Of a stretch of 41,468 bases of DNA, positions 37,295 through 41,468 are shown piece by piece. Source of the stretch: Verrucomicrobiales bacterium (lineage in GTDB: Bacteria; Verrucomicrobiota; Verrucomicrobiia; Limisphaerales; UBA9464); assembly GCA_040375265.1 (NCBI GenBank), contig JBEISV010000003.1, positions 1-41,468 on the forward strand, written 5' to 3'. Every line of letters starts with the position of its first letter. Position 1 is the first letter of the stretch. The notes under the pieces were generated by a model. The model ran no database searches, had not been told where the DNA came from, and saw only the letters and a program-made list of their open reading frames with translations. The translations under genes and the position numbers were made by a program.

Positions 37295-37930
37295 ATGAAA
37301 CGATATCTGACCCCGATCCTGACCCTTGTATTTGCCGCCAATCTGGCGACCAGCGCCATGGCGCAGACCAAAGTTGCCGTCGTGGACATGAAGAAAGTTT
37401 TCGATGGCTACTGGCGCACCAAGGAGGCCGACCGCCAGCTCAAGGAGCGGGCTGCCGACTTTGAAAAGGCCCGGGGCGGCATCGTCGAGGATTACAAGAA
37501 GGCCAACGAAGAGTTCGGCAAACTGCGCGAGTCGGCCAATGACCCCGCCGTTTCCGAGGACGAGCGCAATAACCGCAAGAAGTCCCTGGAAAAGAAGGTC
37601 GGTGAACTGCGCGAACAGGAAAACAGCCTGCGCACGTTCGACCAGAACATGCGCCAATCCATCGCGGATCAGCAGCTGCGTCTCCGCGAGAGCGTGCTTC
37701 GCGACATCAAGGGTGTCGTCGAGGAAAAGGCCAAGGCGGGTAGCTACCAGTTGGTCGTCGATACCGCCGCGATCAGCGCCAACCAGACCCCGATCGTCGT
37801 CTATACGACCTTGCTCGGTGGTGACAGCGATCTTTCCGATGGCGTGCTCAAGCAATTGAACGCCAACGCCCCGCCGGAGTCGGCCAAGCCTGCGGAGAAG
37901 ACCGAGGAAAAGAAGGACGAGAAGAAGTAG
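37295..37930 (+). CDS. skp: Periplasmic chaperone Skp/OmpH
   Basis: Signal peptide, KVAVVDMKKVF, long coiled coil, DLSDGVL. Follows bamA. Confidence 0.92.
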   Translation: MKRYLTPILTLVFAANLATSAMAQTKVAVVDMKKVFDGYWRTKEADRQLKERAADFEKARGGIVEDYKKANEEFGKLRESANDPAVSEDERNNRKKSLEKKVGELREQENSLRTFDQNMRQSIADQQLRLRESVLRDIKGVVEEKAKAGSYQLVVDTAAISANQTPIVVYTTLLGGDSDLSDGVLKQLNANAPPESAKPAEKTEEKKDEKK

Positions 37931-37954
37931 TCCTCGAGATTCCGTCGAAATTTG

Positions 37955-37986
37955 AAGGCGCCGACCTAGGTTGGTGCCTTTTTTTT
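37955..37986 (+). terminator. Rho-independent terminator after skp
   Basis: AAGGCGCCGACC-TA-GGTTGGTGCCTT followed by a T run. Confidence 0.85.
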
Positions 37987-38046
37987 GTCGCTGCGGACGG
38001 TCAACGTTGAGGCGGCCTCCCGCGACTCGGGTAGTCGGCGGTGGAA

Positions 38047-39519
38047 TCAGCCGAGAATTTCTCGGATAAGTTCGCCGTGGTCCAAATCCAGGCGCTTCCG
38101 GCCGGGAACTTCCAGTCGTCGCGAATCAAGGCCGAGCTGGTGCAGGACCGTGGCGTGAATGTCGGTGACGTAACGGCGGTTCTCGGCGGCGTGGAAGCCG
38201 AGTTCATCCGTCTGACCATATTGCACGCCGCCCTTCACCCCGCCGCCGGCCAGCCACGCACAGAAGGCCTGCGGATGATGGTCCCGGCCCGTGCCTTCTG
38301 CGCCGGGGGAACGGCCGAATTCCGTGCCGAATACGACCAATGTGTCGTCGAGCAGGCCGCGTTGTTTGAGGTCCTTCAGCAGGCCGGCAATCGGTTGATC
38401 CACCTGTGCGGCGAGCGTCGTGTGGTTGTTCTTGATGTCGCCGTGCGCATCCCATGCCCCGCCGCCCCCGCCACCGTGGAAGAGCTGCACGAAGCGCACG
38501 CCGCGCTCCACCAGCCGCCGGGCAACGAGGCATTGCTCGCCGAAGGCCTTGGTGTGTTCTTGGTCCAGTCCGTAAAGGCGGCGGACGTGCTCCGGCTCGC
38601 GGTCGAGCTGCATCGTCTCCGGGATGCTGGTCTGCATCTGGTAGGCGAGCTCGTAGGCCTTGATGCGGGCGCGGAGGTTCTGGTCGTCGGGATAATCAAT
38701 GCCGGCGAGGCGGTTGAGCTTGCCGAGCAGACTGAGGTTCGCGGCCTGTTCCTCGGCGGTGAGCGCGCCTTCGAAGGGGCGGATGAAGGGCAGGGGATTC
38801 TTCGGGTCGGTGTTCAGCCGCACGCCGCCGTGTTCGGGGCCGAGATACGCCGCTCCGTGGGTGAAGGCGCCGCCGCAGCAATCTCCGGTGGGCACGCCCA
38901 GCACGACATACTCGGGCAGGTTTTCGTTCAGCGTGCCGAGGCCGTAGGCGGTCCAGGCGCCGAGCGTGGGATGCTCCAGTTCACGCGGATGCCGGCCGGT
39001 CTGCCAGGTGAGCTGCGCGCCGTGATCGTTGTGGATCGTCCAGAGCGAACGCACCACCGCAAGATCGTCCGCACAGGCGCCGACGTGCTTGAACCAGTCG
39101 CCCACCACCAGGCCGCACTCGCCGTAGGCCTTGTAGCCGGTCTGGAGCGGCATGATGACCTTGCGGTTGCCGTGCGCCGGGTTCGCCCCGATGACGTCCT
39201 TGCCTTCCGTCGCGACCACGCCGGCGTAAGGCGTCTCGCTGATCGACTTTCCGGCATATTTCGTCAGCTCCGGCTTCACGTCGAAGCTTTCGACGTGGCT
39301 CACGCCGCCGCAGAGGAAGATCCAGATGACCGACTTCGCCCGCGGCGTGAAGTGAGGCGCGCCTGTCGGCGGCTGCCATGCGCCGGCCGGCGACTCCGCC
39401 CGGACGCCGTCGCGGAACAGCATCGAGCCGAGCACGAGGCCGGTGAACCCCATGCCGGTGTCGGCGAGGAACGAGCGGCGCGTGATGCCGGGGCAGTTGG
39501 GATGGCGTGGAGTGTTCAT
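38047..39519 (-). CDS. DUF1501 family protein (Tat-like signal)
   Basis: TRRSFL, AKSVIWIFLCGGVSH, ARRLVERGVRFVQ, WDAH, TEFGR, GRDHHP, LAGGG. Confidence 0.93.
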   Translation of the reverse strand: MNTPRHPNCPGITRRSFLADTGMGFTGLVLGSMLFRDGVRAESPAGAWQPPTGAPHFTPRAKSVIWIFLCGGVSHVESFDVKPELTKYAGKSISETPYAGVVATEGKDVIGANPAHGNRKVIMPLQTGYKAYGECGLVVGDWFKHVGACADDLAVVRSLWTIHNDHGAQLTWQTGRHPRELEHPTLGAWTAYGLGTLNENLPEYVVLGVPTGDCCGGAFTHGAAYLGPEHGGVRLNTDPKNPLPFIRPFEGALTAEEQAANLSLLGKLNRLAGIDYPDDQNLRARIKAYELAYQMQTSIPETMQLDREPEHVRRLYGLDQEHTKAFGEQCLVARRLVERGVRFVQLFHGGGGGGAWDAHGDIKNNHTTLAAQVDQPIAGLLKDLKQRGLLDDTLVVFGTEFGRSPGAEGTGRDHHPQAFCAWLAGGGVKGGVQYGQTDELGFHAAENRRYVTDIHATVLHQLGLDSRRLEVPGRKRLDLDHGELIREILG

Positions 39520-39533
39520 GAAACTGAAGTCCG

Positions 39534-39917
39534 TCACGGTCTCATGGGCCTTGGCGGTATTGGGTTGGTGATGACAGTCGAGTTGGTTGCGACGGCTCTT
39601 TGAGCGGCGACTTGTTCCCGCCATCGCTTCACTTTGCGTTCATCACGGATCTTACCTGCGGTTGCCATGACCACACCGAACAAGGTCAAAGCCAGCCACC
39701 AAACTGACCGTCTTCTCAGCGATGGATCGCCAAACCAATAGGCAACTCCAACCAGCAATGCCGACGGGATAAACACGCTGGGACAGGGACACAAAAACAT
39801 CCCGCCTAGAACACAGGAGAGGACTCCAAGCACCAAGGCCCAGCGTGTAGACCAATAGCGGAAGCGGCCGGCTCCAAGATGAGTCACCGCTTCGCTAGGT
39901 TCGTTAGTTGGGTTCAT
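39534..39917 (-). CDS. Small membrane protein (127 aa)
   Basis: ATGA overlap with the DUF1553 stop. About three hydrophobic segments. Fills the gap before DUF1501. Confidence 0.65.
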   Translation of the reverse strand: MNPTNEPSEAVTHLGAGRFRYWSTRWALVLGVLSCVLGGMFLCPCPSVFIPSALLVGVAYWFGDPSLRRRSVWWLALTLFGVVMATAGKIRDERKVKRWREQVAAQRAVATNSTVITNPIPPRPMRP

Positions 39918-41468
39918 CTCACCGTAACGAAGTCGTTGTGGTTGAAGAGCACGAGCACGAGGTTCTCGGCCGCGCGGGCGAAGTTCTTCTCCGCAATCTC
40001 GGCGCTCACCGGGGCCGGGCCAAAGAACTCCACGCAGGATTGGCGTTCGGCGTCGGTCGGGCGGCGGGCGAGGATGCGTTGGAAGGCGAGTTCGACGAGG
40101 CGGGTTTCGTTGGCCGCCGCATCCTTCACCAGCGTCGCGGCGAGGATGCGGGCCTGCTTTACGGCGAGTTCGCTGTTGCCGAGGGCGAGGGCCTGCTGGG
40201 GCATCACGCTGGGGCGGCGTTCGTAGCATTCGGTCACGGCCGGGCCATCGAAGATCTGGAGGAACTCGGCCTGCTTTTCCGCGGCGTGGCGTAGGTAGAG
40301 CGAGCGTCGTGGCGAGGTGAGCGCCTGCTGCTGGTCGATGTCGGGGCCGCCGAACGTGGGGTCAAGCGTGCCTGCGGCGTAAAGCACGTTGTCGCGCACG
40401 GCCTCGGCTTCAAGGCGGCGGGAGTTCATGCGCCAGAGGAAGTGGTTGTCGGGATCGATCGAAGTCGGAGGTGCGAAGTCGGAAGTAGGAAGTGAGGAAG
40501 CAAGCTCGCCGCTGGTGGAGGCCATGCGGTAGGCGGCGCTGGTGACGATGAGACGGTGGAGGTGGCGGAAGCTCCAGGGAGTGGATAGGGCTTTGAGTGG
40601 ATGGTTGATAGCTGGGGACGCGCCATCGGGCCTATCCACCATCAACTCACTTCGACTATCCACTAATTCCGGTTGCATGAACTCCGCCGCCAGCCAGTCG
40701 AGGAGTTGCGGATGCGTGGCGGGACGGCCGTTGCGGCCGAAGTCGGCGGGTGTGGGCACCAGGCCGCGGCCGAAATGCCGGAGCCATACGTGATTCACCG
40801 CCACTCGGGCGGTCAGCGGGTTGCGCGGCTCGGTGAGCCACTGGGCGAAGGCCAACCGGCGACCGGTGCTGTTCGTCGGATAGGCAGTCGCAGGCCGAGG
40901 CGTGAATGCGGCATCCAGCGGCTTAGCGAGGGCTTCGACAGCGGCGGTGAGTTGCTGGTCGGCCTCAGAGAGCTTCTTCTGCGCCTCGGCGAGCTTGTTC
41001 GTCGGGGCCGCGGCGAGGGCAGTCTGCGCCTGGTGCCGCTTCAAAGTTGCCTCGGCGATCGCGGCAGTGCGCTGGAGCAGGACGGCGTTGGTAGCCGCCG
41101 AGGTAACGAGGCGGAGGGCAGTGGAATGGTCCGCCTCCTCACGTCGGCGGCTACCGGAGGGCGTCAGGCGCTCGGCTGCGGTCACGGCCACCAAGGCGCC
41201 GTGTTTCTTCTCAGCGAGGTCCAGAGCGAGGTCAGTCGCGCGGAGCTCGGCCGGCGTGGCGTTGGCGGCGCTGCGCGACTTCGTCCAAGCTGCCTTCGCG
41301 GCGGTGACCGTCTGCTCGCTGGCAGCAAGCGTGTCGCGGATCACGAAGTCGCGTTGGTCGGGATTGCCGGCCAGCCATGGCAGGTTCACGGGCTGGACGT
41401 TCAGCCTTCCGCCGAGCAGCGCGGGAACTGCGGGCGCGATGACCTCGTTGGTCAGCGGATGCCGTTCG
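39914..41468 (-). CDS. DUF1553 (PSD1)-domain protein, 5' end outside the window
   Basis: GRRLAFAQWL..NPLTARVAVNHVWLRHFGRG, THPQLLDWLA, RRLEAEAVRD, PQQAL, FNHNDF. Confidence 0.93.
   Translation of the reverse strand, partial: ERHPLTNEVIAPAVPALLGGRLNVQPVNLPWLAGNPDQRDFVIRDTLAASEQTVTAAKAAWTKSRSAANATPAELRATDLALDLAEKKHGALVAVTAAERLTPSGSRRREEADHSTALRLVTSAATNAVLLQRTAAIAEATLKRHQAQTALAAAPTNKLAEAQKKLSEADQQLTAAVEALAKPLDAAFTPRPATAYPTNSTGRRLAFAQWLTEPRNPLTARVAVNHVWLRHFGRGLVPTPADFGRNGRPATHPQLLDWLAAEFMQPELVDSRSELMVDRPDGASPAINHPLKALSTPWSFRHLHRLIVTSAAYRMASTSGELASSLPTSDFAPPTSIDPDNHFLWRMNSRRLEAEAVRDNVLYAAGTLDPTFGGPDIDQQQALTSPRRSLYLRHAAEKQAEFLQIFDGPAVTECYERRPSVMPQQALALGNSELAVKQARILAATLVKDAAANETRLVELAFQRILARRPTDAERQSCVEFFGPAPVSAEIAEKNFARAAENLVLVLFNHNDFVTVR
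40461..40500. repeat. Degenerate heptamer tandem repeat inside DUF1553
   Basis: GAAGTCG GAGGTGC GAAGTCG GAAGTAG GAAGTGA. Confidence 0.65.
40580..40664. repeat. Imperfect inverted repeat built of RGTKGAT heptamers inside DUF1553
   Basis: Left arm AGTGGATAG..TGAGTGGATGGTTGATAG. Right arm reverse complement AGTGGATAG..TGAGTTGATGGTGGATAG. Confidence 0.8.
41091..41154. repeat. GTAG-family REP doublet (REPIN-like) inside DUF1553 coding sequence
   Basis: GTAGCCGCCGAGGTAACGAGGCGGA / reverse complement GTAGCCGCCGACGTGAGGAGGCGGA (22/25). Each arm has GTAG plus a CCGCC..GGCGG palindrome. Confidence 0.88.

Noticed and set aside
38041-39603. 520-aa plus-strand ORF
   Set aside because: Antisense shadow of the DUF1501 gene.
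1-41468. CRISPR array, rRNA, intein in dnaB, defence systems
   Set aside because: No regularly spaced repeat-spacer units, no rRNA-like tracts, DnaB is normal length, and no recognisable defence domains.

Overview
High-GC bacterial window. The PVC-type genes (DUF1553/DUF1501, PVC-type cytochrome c beta-propeller, DUF4190/H-x-DG) and the rpsF-ssb-rplI order suggest Verrucomicrobiota; this is inference. The window has two halves. Left half (1-21.8 kb): a translationally coupled MSHA/T2SS-like type IV filament operon (major pilin, PilB/MshE ATPase, PilC/MshG, two large paralogous minor pilins, PilM-N fusion, PilO-like, PilP/MshK-like, MshL-type liposecretin, DUF547). It is followed by a seven-gene signalling cluster: twin NarL/LuxR regulators, a mini-HDOD, a pseudo-receiver protein, a REC-pseudokinase, an HNOBA-like/GAF/PAS kinase and a PAS3 hybrid kinase. 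Then come an excisionase-like HTH, a deleted IS630 remnant and a lone tRNA 3' end (Val-like) flanked on both sides by a shared 24-bp motif. This looks like the right end of a tRNA-integrated genomic island carrying the pilus and signalling genes. Right half (22-41.5 kb): mostly core genome, with a PVC-type heme protein, rseP, recN (in-frame TAA in the ABC signature), prs-rplY-pth-rpsF-ssb-rplI, DUF4190, dnaB-bamA-skp and a DUF1553/DUF1501 locus. The DUF1553 gene carries three in-frame repeat insertions, including a GTAG-type REP doublet. All calls come from reading motifs by eye; no searches were run.
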